The notes: generated by a model from the sequence alone, not told the origin. A stretch of DNA of 64,000 bases from Kiritimatiellia bacterium (GCA_050949565.1 JBMNFY010000011.1:26069-90068); one strand, 5' to 3'. Shown: positions 1-10,165, numbered from the stretch's first letter. Numbers and translations: made by a program.

Positions 1-821
1 GGCACTCCCACTTCAGTTATCACAGCCCGCCAGCGGTGGAGCACGTCCACGAGGGCTGTGTCGAAATTGTACTGTGCCAGCGCGGTGCCTTGACCTTCAA
101 GAAAAACAACAGGTTCTACCACCTGATGCCGGGCGACATCATCATCAACCGACCCTGGGAGAAACACTGCCTGTTTAGTCACCCCAGGAGTCTTTCGACC
201 TTTTGGCTGTTGGCGCGCGTGCAACCCGCCTCCGCGCCGTTGTTGAATTTGCCGGAGAAGGAAAGCCGCACGTTGAAAAAGGCTTTGCTGACACTCTCCC
301 CGCAAGTACGCCGGGACGACGGCAGGGTGCGCCAAGCGTTCGTGCGCCTGCTCAAATACTACGACTCGCGCAAGAGCGACAAACGCCTGCTGGGATTACT
401 CGGAACCAGCCTGCATCTGCTCATGGCCACGATTGAGACAGCCAGCCATAATCATTCGTTGTCGCTTTCAAACCGCATCAAACAGGTGATTTCAGAAATG
501 CGCCGTAACCCGGGTGCCAACTACGTGATCGACGACATGGCGCATGAGGCCAATCTTTCTCCCGGTCACTTCATGTCGCGCTTCAAGCAGATCGTCGGCG
601 TACCGCCGTATCAGTTCTTGCTTGAATGCCGAATCAACAGCGCGAAAGAGCAGTTGCGTGCAACCCAGCGCAACATCACCGATATCGCCATGTCGTTGGG
701 CTACTCGTCTTCCCAACACTTTGCGAGCGCCTTCAAACGCGCAACCGGGATGACCCCCTCCGCATGGCGCGCCAAGTTCCGCAGCGACGCGGAATTAACA
801 GACGGGAGTTTTTATGTGTAA
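1..821 (+). CDS. AraC/XylS-family transcriptional regulator (5' end probably outside the window)
   Basis: The frame is open from the window start (codons from nt 3 read HSHFSYHSPPAVEHVHEG, a cupin-like sensor strand). The C-terminal double HTH 'ANLSPGHFMSRFKQIVGVPPYQFLLECRINSAKEQL...IAMSLGYSSSQHFASAFKRATGMTPSAWR' is the AraC signature. Confidence 0.85.
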   Translation, partial: HSHFSYHSPPAVEHVHEGCVEIVLCQRGALTFKKNNRFYHLMPGDIIINRPWEKHCLFSHPRSLSTFWLLARVQPASAPLLNLPEKESRTLKKALLTLSPQVRRDDGRVRQAFVRLLKYYDSRKSDKRLLGLLGTSLHLLMATIETASHNHSLSLSNRIKQVISEMRRNPGANYVIDDMAHEANLSPGHFMSRFKQIVGVPPYQFLLECRINSAKEQLRATQRNITDIAMSLGYSSSQHFASAFKRATGMTPSAWRAKFRSDAELTDGSFYV

Positions 822-2433
822 GGCTTTGAAGTCGTATCTTGTGCGCGAGTTGTTATTTGGTTGTGTGGTTGCGGGCATGTTCGCGATCGCGCACGCTGAG
901 TCGCCCCAACTCACGGCGGAGACGCTGCCGGCAGCGCGGCGTGAGGCTGCCGCGCGCAAGCGCCGCGTCATCATGAACAACGACGGCAACGACTCGCGTA
1001 CGGCACCCAGCAAAGACCGGGCCGGTTTCTTGCAATCGCGCTCGGTGCCGCTGGCCGGTTCGCAGGTCGATGCCATTTTCTACTGCACCGGCATCTGGGG
1101 AACCTTCACCCACAAAAGCGCGACGGCGGAACTGCGGGTCGGTTCGGACCAAGGCTATCAGGAGTGGGCCGCGCATCTGGCGGATGACGGCGGCCCGGAT
1201 GCACTGGGAACGATTGTGGATTTCGGACACCGGCACGGCATGGAGGTGTTCTGGTCCTTGCGCATGAACGACACGCACGACGCGGGCGATCCGACCATGA
1301 TGAGCGCATGGAAAAAGGCGAACCCGGAGTGTCTGGCGGGGAAGTGGGAGGATCGCGGTACATACTGCGGCGGCGGCAAACGCTGGTCGGCGGTCAACTA
1401 CACGCATCCGCTGGTGCGCGACCGCACGGTGGGATGGTTCGGCGAGGTAGCGGAGAATTACGACGTGGACGGCGTGGAGTTGGATTTCTTCCGGCATCCG
1501 GTCTTCTTCGCCTCCACGCTACACGGGCGTGACGCCACTACGGAAGAGTGCGAGGCCATGAGTTCGGTCGTCAGGCGTATACGCGCGGCAATTGACGCAC
1601 AGGCGCTCCGTCGCGGCCGTCCTGTGCTGCTGGCTATCCGCGTGCCAGACTCGGCCGGCTATTGTCGCGCTCTGGGACTGGACGTGGAGCAATGGCTGAA
1701 AGAGGGCCTGGTGGACCTGATGACTGTGAGCGGATATTTCCGCCTGAACCCGTGGCAGGTCAGCGTGGAACTCGGACGCAAGTACGGGGTTCCGGTGTAT
1801 GCGGGCCTGAGTGAGTCGCGCTTTCGGGACAACGAAATCCGAGCATTGCGTCAGTCGGCCGCAGGCTACCGCGGACGGGCGGCCGAGGCTTGGGCGGCGG
1901 GAGCGGCGGGTATGTACACCTTCAACCTTTTCAATCCCAAGTCGCCGGTGTTCCGCGAAATCGGCGATCCGGTGGCCTTGGCCAGCATGGATAAGGTCAT
2001 GACCACCGGCGCCCGGTCGGTCAGCGGCGCGCGCAGTTGGATGCATGACGGCTTGCGTTTCCTGAACCGTCCCTATCCGTTGCCAGAGCGCCCCCGCAAG
2101 CTGAGTCCGGGCCGGACGGAAAAGGTGGTGCTCCCCGTGTCCGATCGGTTGGATGCGGACAAGGTCACGGTGACTGCGGCCCTGCGAGTCACAGGCATTG
2201 AAGATGCGGCGGTGCTGACGGTGAGCGTGAATGGGAAAACGTTGGAAGGCGGCAAGATGAAGGACAAGTGGGTGGAGTATCCCGTGGCCGTCGGCGATCT
2301 GCGTCAGGGTGACAACCGGATTGCTGTTGTGCTTGATGCGGGCCAAAAAGCGAATGCGGAGCTTCTCGACCTGCTGCTCTGGATTCGCTATCCCCCGGCA
2401 CCGCAGTCCGCCAAATCAAAAACTCAACATTGA
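814..2433 (+). CDS. exported glycoside-hydrolase-like TIM-barrel protein (GHL10-like; family-level guess)
   Basis: 539-aa ORF with a Sec signal (LLFGCVVAGMFAIAHA/ES). Motifs 'RRVIMNNDGND', 'FWSLRMNDTHD' and 'VDGVELDFFRHP' resemble glycoside-hydrolase-like TIM barrels. It overlaps the araC-like gene by 8 nt. Confidence 0.55.
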   Translation: MCKALKSYLVRELLFGCVVAGMFAIAHAESPQLTAETLPAARREAAARKRRVIMNNDGNDSRTAPSKDRAGFLQSRSVPLAGSQVDAIFYCTGIWGTFTHKSATAELRVGSDQGYQEWAAHLADDGGPDALGTIVDFGHRHGMEVFWSLRMNDTHDAGDPTMMSAWKKANPECLAGKWEDRGTYCGGGKRWSAVNYTHPLVRDRTVGWFGEVAENYDVDGVELDFFRHPVFFASTLHGRDATTEECEAMSSVVRRIRAAIDAQALRRGRPVLLAIRVPDSAGYCRALGLDVEQWLKEGLVDLMTVSGYFRLNPWQVSVELGRKYGVPVYAGLSESRFRDNEIRALRQSAAGYRGRAAEAWAAGAAGMYTFNLFNPKSPVFREIGDPVALASMDKVMTTGARSVSGARSWMHDGLRFLNRPYPLPERPRKLSPGRTEKVVLPVSDRLDADKVTVTAALRVTGIEDAAVLTVSVNGKTLEGGKMKDKWVEYPVAVGDLRQGDNRIAVVLDAGQKANAELLDLLLWIRYPPAPQSAKSKTQH

Positions 2434-2487
2434 CCCGAAGCGGTAAAAAGCCCTATACTGCTTTGTTTAACCATTGGAGGCGTTTTC

Positions 2488-2730
2488 GTGAATGTTGAAC
2501 TGATTGAAAGAGCGCGAGCCCGGATCCCTAGTGTTCCGGTTCTCGTGAATATGGTTTCCAAACGTGTCCGTCAGCTCAATATGGGCGAACGGCCCTACGT
2601 GAAGCCGCTCTCGATCGACGAGGATAAGGCGGACATCGCCCTGCGTGAGATCGCAGAGGGCCTGCTGATTGCTGAAGTTGATTTCAGCGCGATTGCCCGG
2701 GCTGAAGCGGCGCACTCACGGTGGTCTTAA
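2488..2730 (+). CDS. rpoZ: DNA-directed RNA polymerase subunit omega
   Basis: GTG start with a GGAGG box 7 nt upstream (2476-2480). 'VLVNMVSKRVRQLN' and 'ALREIAEGLL' match conserved RpoZ segments. 80 aa. Confidence 0.8.
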   Translation: MNVELIERARARIPSVPVLVNMVSKRVRQLNMGERPYVKPLSIDEDKADIALREIAEGLLIAEVDFSAIARAEAAHSRWS

Positions 2731-2766
2731 GCGCCGCCCTGACGGCGGCTTGAGCGTGGACCGGGC

Positions 2767-3249
2767 ATGAGCGAGAAGGACAAAAAAAGGAGCGGCGGCA
2801 ATCTGGCGGTCAACCGCAGGGCGACGCACGACTATTTTGTCCTAGATCGGCTAGAGGCGGGTATCGAGTTGGTCGGCACTGAAGTCAAGGTCGTGCGGAA
2901 CGGCGAAGCGAGTTTAACAGGCTCCTACGCCCAAGTGAAAGACGGCCAGCTTTTCCTGAACCAAGTGCGGATACCTCCCTACGCATTCGGCAACCGGTTT
3001 AATCACGACTCGCTGCGAACCCGCCGCCTGCTGGTTCACAAGAGCGAGGTCCGCAAATTGCAGGCGATGACAGAACAGAAAGGCCTTTCACTGATCCCGT
3101 TGCGGCTCTATCTGTCGCCCAAAGGGCTGGTGAAAGTGGAATTGGGCATTTGCCGTGGCAAGGCCCGCGAGGACAAACGCGAAACGATTAAACGCCGCGA
3201 GGCGGATCTCGAGGCGCGGCGTGCGATTTCGCAGCAGTACAGAGGTTGA
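2767..3249 (+). CDS. smpB: SsrA-binding protein
   Basis: 'NRRATHDYFVLDRLEAGIELVGTEVKVVRNG', 'IPPYAFGNRFNHDSLRTRRLLVHKSEVRKL' and 'LIPLRLYL..GLVKVELGICRGK' are canonical SmpB. 160 aa. Confidence 0.93.
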   Translation: MSEKDKKRSGGNLAVNRRATHDYFVLDRLEAGIELVGTEVKVVRNGEASLTGSYAQVKDGQLFLNQVRIPPYAFGNRFNHDSLRTRRLLVHKSEVRKLQAMTEQKGLSLIPLRLYLSPKGLVKVELGICRGKAREDKRETIKRREADLEARRAISQQYRG

Positions 3250-3268
3250 GTTTAAGGAGGTTGAGACT

Positions 3269-3517
3269 ATGATGTTGCCACTGGGTTTTTCTCCGTTCAA
3301 CGTGGGGCCGACGGAGCTGATCGTTGTATTGGTCATTGTGCTGATTCTCTTCGGCGGGAAGAAGCTGCCGGATCTGGCGCGCTCGTTGGGCCGCAGCCTG
3401 GGCGAATTCAAAAAGGGCAAGGAAGAGGGCGAGAAACTGACCAACGAGAAGGTCAAGGAGATCGTCGATGACATCAAGAGCGAGGAGCCCGAAAAGGTGG
3501 AAGGCCCTAAGGCTTAA
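3269..3517 (+). CDS. tatA: Sec-independent (Tat) translocase subunit TatA/E
   Basis: Internal ATG at 3269 preceded by AAGGAGG (3254-3260). TM helix plus amphipathic helix 'GPTELIVVLVIVLILFGGKKLPDLARSLGRSLGEFKKG' is the TatA signature. Confidence 0.9.
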   Translation: MMLPLGFSPFNVGPTELIVVLVIVLILFGGKKLPDLARSLGRSLGEFKKGKEEGEKLTNEKVKEIVDDIKSEEPEKVEGPKA

Positions 3518-5328
3518 CCCCGCCAGCCGATCGCCGCGCCGACTCTCCATCCTGCCCGCCACGCTCGCGCGCGCCGTGCGGCTGGTCTGGTTCAGCGACC
3601 GGCGGCTCGCTTTGGGGCACACGGCGTTGATCGTGCTGCAGGCGCTTTTGCCGCTCGGCACGATGGTGGCGTTGAAACAGGTGATCGATCACGCCACCCG
3701 CCTCTTCAGTGGTGCCGGGCGTGTCCCTTTCACATGGTCCAGTGCCATCGACCGTCTGGCGACCGATGCCGGTTTTCAAACACTGGTTCTCTGGGTGGTA
3801 GCCGGTGCGTTCTGCTTGGTGCTGTCCGCCGCCGCGCGTCTGCTTATTTCATGGGTCGCCGAATTCCACGCTATCTCGGTGACCGACCGCATCTACGATC
3901 TGTTGCACGGCGCGTTGTTACGCGCCGACTATGCGTTTTTTGAAAATCCCGACGACCAAAACCGTCTCTACATGGCGCGTGAAGAGGCGCTCGACCGCCC
4001 CATGCGCCTGTTGGCCGGACTCGGCCAGTTATTGCACAGCGTGATTGGCATCAGCGGCATTTTCGTCATTCTGGCCAGCTTCACACCTTGGCTACCGTTG
4101 CTGCTCGGTCTGAGCGCCCTGCCGGTACTCCTGTTCAAGCTCGACCGCACGCGCCGTTTCTACGAGTGGCGCAAAGACCTCACGCCGCTAGATCGCCACG
4201 CCTCCTACTACCACTCGATCATGACCGAAAATGAAGGAGCCAAGGAGATCCGCCTGTACGGGCATGGCGACTTCTGCCGCGAGCGCTTCGCCGTCGCCCG
4301 CGCCCGGTTGCGCGAGGCACGCGTGGCGTGGCGTCGCTTCGTGTTGACGCGTGAGGCCTTGGGACTCTTTATCGGTCTTGCCGTCACCGGCATGATTTTG
4401 CTCTGGATGACCTCGCGCTTGCTGGCCGGTGCCGTCACGGTCGGTGCGCTGGTGCTCTGCGTGCAGTCGGTTCAGCGCGGCCAGCAAGCCGTCGCGGCTC
4501 TGCTCAATGCGGTGTCGGCGCTCTTTGAGGATGCGCTGTTCCTGCAAAGTTTTGAAGAACTCCTGCATCAGCCGCGCCGCGTCAGCACGCCCGCAAATCC
4601 GGTGCCGATCCCCGACGCGATCCGCACCGGCATCACCTTCGACAACGTCAGCTTCACCTATCCCGGTTGTGCCGAACCGGCGCTGCGCAACCTCACCTTC
4701 ACCCTCCGCCCCGGCGAGCGGGTCGCGCTGGCCGGACCGAACGGCGCCGGCAAATCCACGCTCGTCAAACTGCTGTGCCGCCTCTACGACCCCGGCAGCG
4801 GACGCATCTTGATTGATGGGATCGACCTCCGGGCGTTTGATCCCGAGGCGTGGCGTCAGCGCATCGGTGCGCTCTTCCAAGACTTCAACCACTACCAGTT
4901 CACCTTGCGCGACAACATCCGCATCGGTCATCCTGAAACACCGGAAGACTCCCCGGAGATCGAGCGCGCGGCGCACGACGCCGGCTTGGGGCCCCTGCTC
5001 AAGAGCTGGCCGCAAGGGCTCGACACGCGGCTCGGACGCTGGCTTCACGACGGCATCGAGCCCAGCATCGGCCAGTGGCAGAAGATCGCGCTGGCGCGCG
5101 CCTTTCCTGCGCCCCGCGCTGCTGACCATTCTCGACGAGCCGACCAGCGCCTTGGACAGCACCGCGCAGCGCGAAACCTTTGAGGCGCTTGCCCGTCTCA
5201 GCCACGGGCGCATCGCCCTCTTCACCAGCCACCGCCAGCTTACGCCCGGCATGGCCGACCGCCTGCTGATCCTGCGTGATGGCAAGCTCGTATCCGACGG
5301 CTCGCTGGAAGAGCGAATGAGGCAGTAG
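3468..5328 (+). pseudogene. ABC exporter (fused permease/ATPase, MsbA-like) disrupted by a 1-nt frameshift near nt 5106
   Basis: Frame A (3468-5183) has six-TM-like hydrophobic segments, Walker A 'GPNGAGKST' and signature 'SIGQWQKIALARAF'. Walker B 'LLTILDEPTSALD' and the H-loop 'LFTSHR' continue only in the frame of ORF 4813-5328. The junction 'gcc ttt C ctg cgc ccc' has one extra C at 5106/5107. The start codon is uncertain because ATG 3468 overlaps tatA by 50 nt. Confidence 0.75.
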
Positions 5329-5521
5329 GCAGTGGGCAGTGGGCAGCGCTTGACTCGCGACCCGCGACCCGCGACTTGCGGCTCCCAAATTCCAAGAGCC
5401 TATTCGCATCATTTGCGCCATTCGCGGTTCCCAAAACCCGAGCCCTGTTCCCAAAAAAACCTTGGCGTTCTTGGTGCCTTGGCGGTTCCAAAAAGCCGAG
5501 CCCTGCCCCAAACCGGAGCCC
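5321..5521. repeat. mosaic of short tandem modules between convergent genes
   Basis: Modules: 'ggcagt(a/g)g' x3 (5321-5346), 'cgcgaccc' x3 (5354-5376), 'cttggcg(t)t' x3 (5459-5488), 'ccgagccctg' twice. 'cttggcggttccaaaaa' recurs at 52274-52290. Confidence 0.8.
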
Positions 5522-8500
5522 TTACTCGCGCGTCCGGCGCAGACGCGCGATAGCCTCGCGCACAGCGGTCACCGTGTGTTGCTCCGCCACCGACAGCGCC
5601 GACAACTCTCCGGCACGCGCCAACGCCTGATCGGCCGCGTCTGGATTACCGCGCTTCACTGCGATCAACGCATCGACCACATTCAGACGCGCGTCATCAG
5701 CGTTGATCTGGCGCGCTTTGGCCAGTGCCTCCGTAGCGGGGTCCGGCAGGTTTTTCTCGGCCAAGACATGCGCCAACGTCGCCCACCCTTCGTAACGCTC
5801 GGGCGCGAGTTCGGTCGCCTGTCGTGCGACCTTTTCCGCTTCGTCGAGCTTACGAATGCGGCAGAGCACCTCGGCGAAGTTGTTGAGCGCCGCAAGCATT
5901 GGTTTCTCGTCCGCGACGCTGCGCCGCAGATAGCCCTCCGCATCGCCATACTGCCCCTGCTCCAGCCGGATCGTGCCCATGATAAAGTTGGCGTAGGGAT
6001 GCTCCGGCCTTTGGCGCAGGATGGTAAGCGCGCGCGCCTCGGCCGTTCGCCGATCCTCTAGCGACACATCCAGCGTCAACAACACATCCAGCAGCGCCTG
6101 AACATCGGGACGGATCAGCGCCGCGCGCTGGAAGCACAGCCGCGCATTTTTGAGTCCTTGCTTGCCCTTGCTCTGCCAGACACGCCCCTGAATCACTTGT
6201 GTAAAGTAACCATCCTGGTCCTTGCTGATCTTGGTCAGGCGCGGCAGCACCTTGGTCTCGACCGCGCCGATGTCATCCTGCTCGATCATCGCCATCGCCA
6301 GCATCGCCAGCGTCATCGGCGTGGCATCAGGCTCCTCCGCCATCTCCTGCAACAGCACGCGAGCGCGCGACAGGTCACCCGACACCAGATAAAGCGCCGC
6401 CCAATCCTGCCGCAACTGGCGTCGCGGCGCACCGGCCTTCTCGCCGTTTTCCAAGATGGCGCGCGCCTCATCCACAATACTGCGTTGCAGTGCGAGGCGT
6501 GCCAGTCCAGAAATCGCAAAGGTATTCTTAGGGTCGCGTTCAAGCGCCTTCTTATACTCGGCGGCACTCTGTTTGAAGTCACCGCGCATTTCGTAGAGCG
6601 AGGCCATCATCGCGGAGAGCGCCGCGCGTTTCTGCTCGTCCTGCTGCATGGCATACGCACCGCGCAAGCCGGCCAGCACTGATCCGGGGCTGCTCGACAA
6701 CGCCCACTGCCACCCCATGCGCACAAACAGCTCAACATTGCGCACATAACCGTAATGGCGGCTGAGTGACCAGAGCGGATAGCGATCACGGCCGTGCTCC
6801 ACCTTGTCGCGAAGTTGGCGCTCGATCGTCTCTTTCATCTCGGGGTGCATTCCGCGCGCCACCGCGTCAAAGAGATTCAGCAAAGCGCTGATGTTGTCGG
6901 GATAGATCTCGCGCGCCTTGAGATACGCCTCAAAGGCCGCTTCCGGCTGCTTCAAATCATCAAGCGTCACCCCCGCATTGTTTGCAACAAACGCCATGTG
7001 GCGCAACAGGGCCACGCGGTAGCGGTAGCCTAACTGACGCGGCTTGCCCTCGCCCCACTCAACAAATGGCTGCCAGCGCGTCCAAAAGGCCCGGTGCGAC
7101 TCTAGCAACTTATCCGCCGCGATGTCCTCTGTGCGCGACGCGGCACCGTAAAACAACCGGTCCGGCACTGGCACCAGTCCCGCGCCGTACCACAGATCCG
7201 GCAACCCCATGCAGATTGCCTTATCTGCCATTGCCGTGTCTGCCGAGAAGAGGTCGTCGATAAAGAGATGGAAGCTGTACGCCAACAGGCTCTCGGCGCG
7301 CAGACGTGCGCGTTCGCTGAAGCGCGTGTCGGCCGTGAACGTCCGGCGCACCGCGTCCGTATAATGCGTCTCGCGCGCCCGATACGGACAGAGCAGATGC
7401 ACGGTCTGCCCGCGCTCCCGTGCGCGGATCAACAGATTAGCGTCGATGATCCCGTTCGCCACCACCCAGTCGCGCTGTCCCAGTCCGTCCAGCACCTCAT
7501 CCGCAGCGCGATCAGCGAAAGCCCCGTTATCGGCCACCAGCCAGCGGACGTTTAACACGCCCGCCACCAGAATAGCCACGACCAGTATTGGCATCGCCAT
7601 CAGCCCGACACCACGACCGGCATTAAATAGGATTGTCGTAGATCGGGCCAGCGGATGCGGCAACGGGGGTTCGTCATCATCCTCTTTGTCGAATGGGATC
7701 TCGACATCCACCGGGTCGTCAAGCAGAGCTAGGGCGCGCCACGAGGCGGTGAGCAGTGCGATCCCAACACCGGCAATCAGATAGGTCGCGGCCGGAACGA
7801 CGCCCGCCTTCGCAACCACCCCCCACGGCCCGAAGGGAACGTTAAAGAGCAGCAGCAGGGCAAAAATGGTAAGCACGAGACTTAATATGAAGGCGCTCCA
7901 CGAACGGCGATTATCCAGCGAGCGAAGCGCCGCAAAAAAGCTCAATGCCGCTGAACCGAGTCCCAGCACGAAGACCGGGAACCACAAATGCTCAGGGAAC
8001 ATCTGGCCAATCGCCTGCGCCTGCTCACGCAACACCGATACCGTCACGTGCAGCATCGCTTGGAGCGTCACCTCCAAGCCCCGGCTCAGCACAAACTGCC
8101 GTGCGGCGAACGCATGCACACCGGCCAGCGCCAAAGCCGCCAGCACAGCCGTACCAAACAGACGGCCGACCCGGCACCACTCGAGCTTCCACTCCACGAC
8201 CACGGCGAAAACCGCCATCACCGGCAAGGCCACCAGAAACAGCGGCGACTCGGCCATACCCGCGCCATACAGAAGGCCAAAGAACAGTAGCCACACGGTG
8301 CGCTTCGAACGCGCGTAGACGGTCAGCAGGTGCGCACAGGCCATCAGCAACGCCACGTCGAAGATTTGCGGCTGAAACCGCGTAGCCGCCTGCCAGACCG
8401 GCAGGCTGAGACCGACCGCCAGCGCCGCCACCCAGCCCGCAAAGCGTGCGTTGCGTGAGGCATGCGTCACTGCGGACTCTTCGCGCATGGCCTCGAAAAC

Positions 8501-8821
8501 AACAAACCAGACCACCTTGAACGTCCATCCGACCGCGAGTGCGCCGGCCACCGCCGCCATCAGGTTCAAACGGAGTGGCAGAGAGAGCCAAGGCAGACGC
8601 ACAACGTGTCCGGCCGCCCACATGAGGAGCGGGTGCGACGGCACTTCGCGCACATCCAGGCCCGCCGCCCACGCGATCCATGTGGCCGAGGCTCCTGGAA
8701 ACGCATAATCAAGCGCCGTCGCCGCATAGAGCGCCAGCGCCGCCAGGGTCAGGAGCCAAAAAGAAACGCGCGACCGTCGCAGCCGGCCGCGCGTGATGGG
8801 ACGAAACTCAAGAAACAGCAT
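5522..8821 (-). CDS. polytopic membrane protein with a C-terminal TPR array (GT-C/DUF2723-like topology is a guess)
   Basis: 1099-aa ORF. About 400 N-terminal residues carry many hydrophobic helices (LLTLAALALYAA, LNLMAAVAGALAVGWTF and others). The C-terminal ~600 aa has repeated TPR-like 34-mers ('AEYKKALERDPKNTFAISGLARLAL', 'FQRAALIRPDVQALLD'). It starts 9 nt after the preceding PEP-CTERM gene. Confidence 0.8.
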   Translation of the reverse strand: MLFLEFRPITRGRLRRSRVSFWLLTLAALALYAATALDYAFPGASATWIAWAAGLDVREVPSHPLLMWAAGHVVRLPWLSLPLRLNLMAAVAGALAVGWTFKVVWFVVFEAMREESAVTHASRNARFAGWVAALAVGLSLPVWQAATRFQPQIFDVALLMACAHLLTVYARSKRTVWLLFFGLLYGAGMAESPLFLVALPVMAVFAVVVEWKLEWCRVGRLFGTAVLAALALAGVHAFAARQFVLSRGLEVTLQAMLHVTVSVLREQAQAIGQMFPEHLWFPVFVLGLGSAALSFFAALRSLDNRRSWSAFILSLVLTIFALLLLFNVPFGPWGVVAKAGVVPAATYLIAGVGIALLTASWRALALLDDPVDVEIPFDKEDDDEPPLPHPLARSTTILFNAGRGVGLMAMPILVVAILVAGVLNVRWLVADNGAFADRAADEVLDGLGQRDWVVANGIIDANLLIRARERGQTVHLLCPYRARETHYTDAVRRTFTADTRFSERARLRAESLLAYSFHLFIDDLFSADTAMADKAICMGLPDLWYGAGLVPVPDRLFYGAASRTEDIAADKLLESHRAFWTRWQPFVEWGEGKPRQLGYRYRVALLRHMAFVANNAGVTLDDLKQPEAAFEAYLKAREIYPDNISALLNLFDAVARGMHPEMKETIERQLRDKVEHGRDRYPLWSLSRHYGYVRNVELFVRMGWQWALSSSPGSVLAGLRGAYAMQQDEQKRAALSAMMASLYEMRGDFKQSAAEYKKALERDPKNTFAISGLARLALQRSIVDEARAILENGEKAGAPRRQLRQDWAALYLVSGDLSRARVLLQEMAEEPDATPMTLAMLAMAMIEQDDIGAVETKVLPRLTKISKDQDGYFTQVIQGRVWQSKGKQGLKNARLCFQRAALIRPDVQALLDVLLTLDVSLEDRRTAEARALTILRQRPEHPYANFIMGTIRLEQGQYGDAEGYLRRSVADEKPMLAALNNFAEVLCRIRKLDEAEKVARQATELAPERYEGWATLAHVLAEKNLPDPATEALAKARQINADDARLNVVDALIAVKRGNPDAADQALARAGELSALSVAEQHTVTAVREAIARLRRTRE

Positions 8822-8830
8822 GGTTCGTCT

Positions 8831-9328
8831 TTACATGTGCTTCCTGCGCCGTAGCGCCGCCACCGCCGCGCCGACCACCAGAAGCATGGCTGTGCTAGGT
8901 TCGGGAACCGGTGCCCAACCTGTAAAGGAGTTGGGCGTGAAGTAGTCCGTGATAATGTCGAACTCGCTGGTGCTGATCGACGCCGTATCGTTCCACGCCA
9001 ACGAAGACTGACTAACCGCATATTGACCATCCGTGTAGTTGAACAGCACGACGTAATAGGCACCCGCGTTGCGCGTGGTCGCGTCGGTCGTCTCCTGCGG
9101 GAAAAGGGTCGTGCCCTCGAATGCATTCACGTTCCACGCAAGTGACTCAACACCCGGCGACCAGACGTTGTTGTTGATCGAAGGCGCATTACCATCGGCC
9201 ACATAGACCAAGCTGGCGTACTCCGTGCCTGTCGGAACGCTCTCCGCCGCCCAACCGATGACCACAGCCTGCGAGGCCAGAACACCGGTCAAGAACACCA
9301 AGCATGCCGTCAAAACTGTCTTATTCAT
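8831..9328 (-). CDS. PEP-CTERM sorting-domain exported protein
   Basis: N-terminal signal (LTACLVFLTGVLASQA). The C-terminus 'VPEPSTAMLLVVGAAVAALRRRKHM' is a PEP motif, a TM helix and a basic tail. Confidence 0.88.
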   Translation of the reverse strand: MNKTVLTACLVFLTGVLASQAVVIGWAAESVPTGTEYASLVYVADGNAPSINNNVWSPGVESLAWNVNAFEGTTLFPQETTDATTRNAGAYYVVLFNYTDGQYAVSQSSLAWNDTASISTSEFDIITDYFTPNSFTGWAPVPEPSTAMLLVVGAAVAALRRRKHM

Positions 9329-9355
9329 AACTTTATCCCTCGTGTCCTTTCAGGC

Positions 9356-10165
9356 TTATTCGCCATCAGGCTTGAAAGTAAACGTCCCGTTGCCGGAACG
9401 GCGATAGTACCAGAAACCCTGACCGGCGGGAATGTCGGCGGCGGGCAACGCAATGCCTCCCGTCGTCGTGACCCACTTGCCGTTGAACTGCGTCTTGGAG
9501 CCACCGGTGTAGTAGTGGTAGGTGGTGTAATAGGTGCCGTCACCCTTGCTCACCAAGATGCGGTCGGTTGTCGCGCTAATTCCGTTCGCGCCGACCGCTC
9601 CAGCCCAGTCGAGATCATTGAGGTCAAACGCTGTTAATCCCGCATAGCTGATCAGGTTCAACCCCTCGCCGATGGTGGTGGACTGCTTCGCCGTAGAAAC
9701 CTGGCCTTTGACGTAGACCGAAGAACCGGCTCCAGCGGTCCGCTTGATCCAGAATCCTTGACCACGCGCGATATCAAAGGTACTGGCGGCGGGCGGAGTC
9801 AACTCCTTCTTCGTTCCGTCCGGCATCAACTGCTCCGTGGTGATCGGGGTCCAGCCGACGCCGGTTTGGTTGTAGTAATAGTAGTAGATTGGACCCGTGG
9901 CGTCGGTCGTGAGCACCACCAACTGATCGGCGCTGCCCGGATCGCTGGCGTGGGTCAGCCCGTAGGTTGCAACCAAGTCGCTCAGCTTGCTGGCCACACC
10001 GGCCTGCATGCAGGCCTCAAACGGCACCGCGACGATCGTGTTCTTGGCGGCGGCCGCCGGGATTTCAACGAACCCGACCACATTGGTTCCTTCGACCGGA
10101 TCCATCGCCGCATGCACGAGACCGGCTGCCGCAACTACCGCAAAAGTTATCCATCCTTTTTTCAT
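9356..10165 (-). CDS. exported hypothetical protein with an internal two-fold repeat
   Basis: Signal peptide (ITFAVVAAAGLVHA/A). Two homologous halves each end in 'GQGFW(I/Y)(K/Y)R..G.G' (GQGFWIKRTAGAGSSVYVKG and GQGFWYYRRSGNGTFTFK). Confidence 0.8.
   Translation of the reverse strand: MKKGWITFAVVAAAGLVHAAMDPVEGTNVVGFVEIPAAAAKNTIVAVPFEACMQAGVASKLSDLVATYGLTHASDPGSADQLVVLTTDATGPIYYYYYNQTGVGWTPITTEQLMPDGTKKELTPPAASTFDIARGQGFWIKRTAGAGSSVYVKGQVSTAKQSTTIGEGLNLISYAGLTAFDLNDLDWAGAVGANGISATTDRILVSKGDGTYYTTYHYYTGGSKTQFNGKWVTTTGGIALPAADIPAGQGFWYYRRSGNGTFTFKPDGE

Noticed and set aside
2434-3268. tmRNA (ssrA) or tRNA genes near smpB, and tRNA or rRNA anywhere in the window.
   Set aside because: The spacers around smpB are too short (36 and 19 nt). 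I saw no cloverleaf-like or tRNA-like acceptor/T-arm sequences (GTTCGAATC-type) in any intergenic region.
5100-5110. Programmed +1/-1 ribosomal frameshift in the ABC exporter.
   Set aside because: There is no slippery heptamer, no in-frame stop or rare codon at the shift site, and no upstream SD-like stimulator or downstream structure. A simple 1-nt indel, either a pseudogene or a sequencing error, is more parsimonious.
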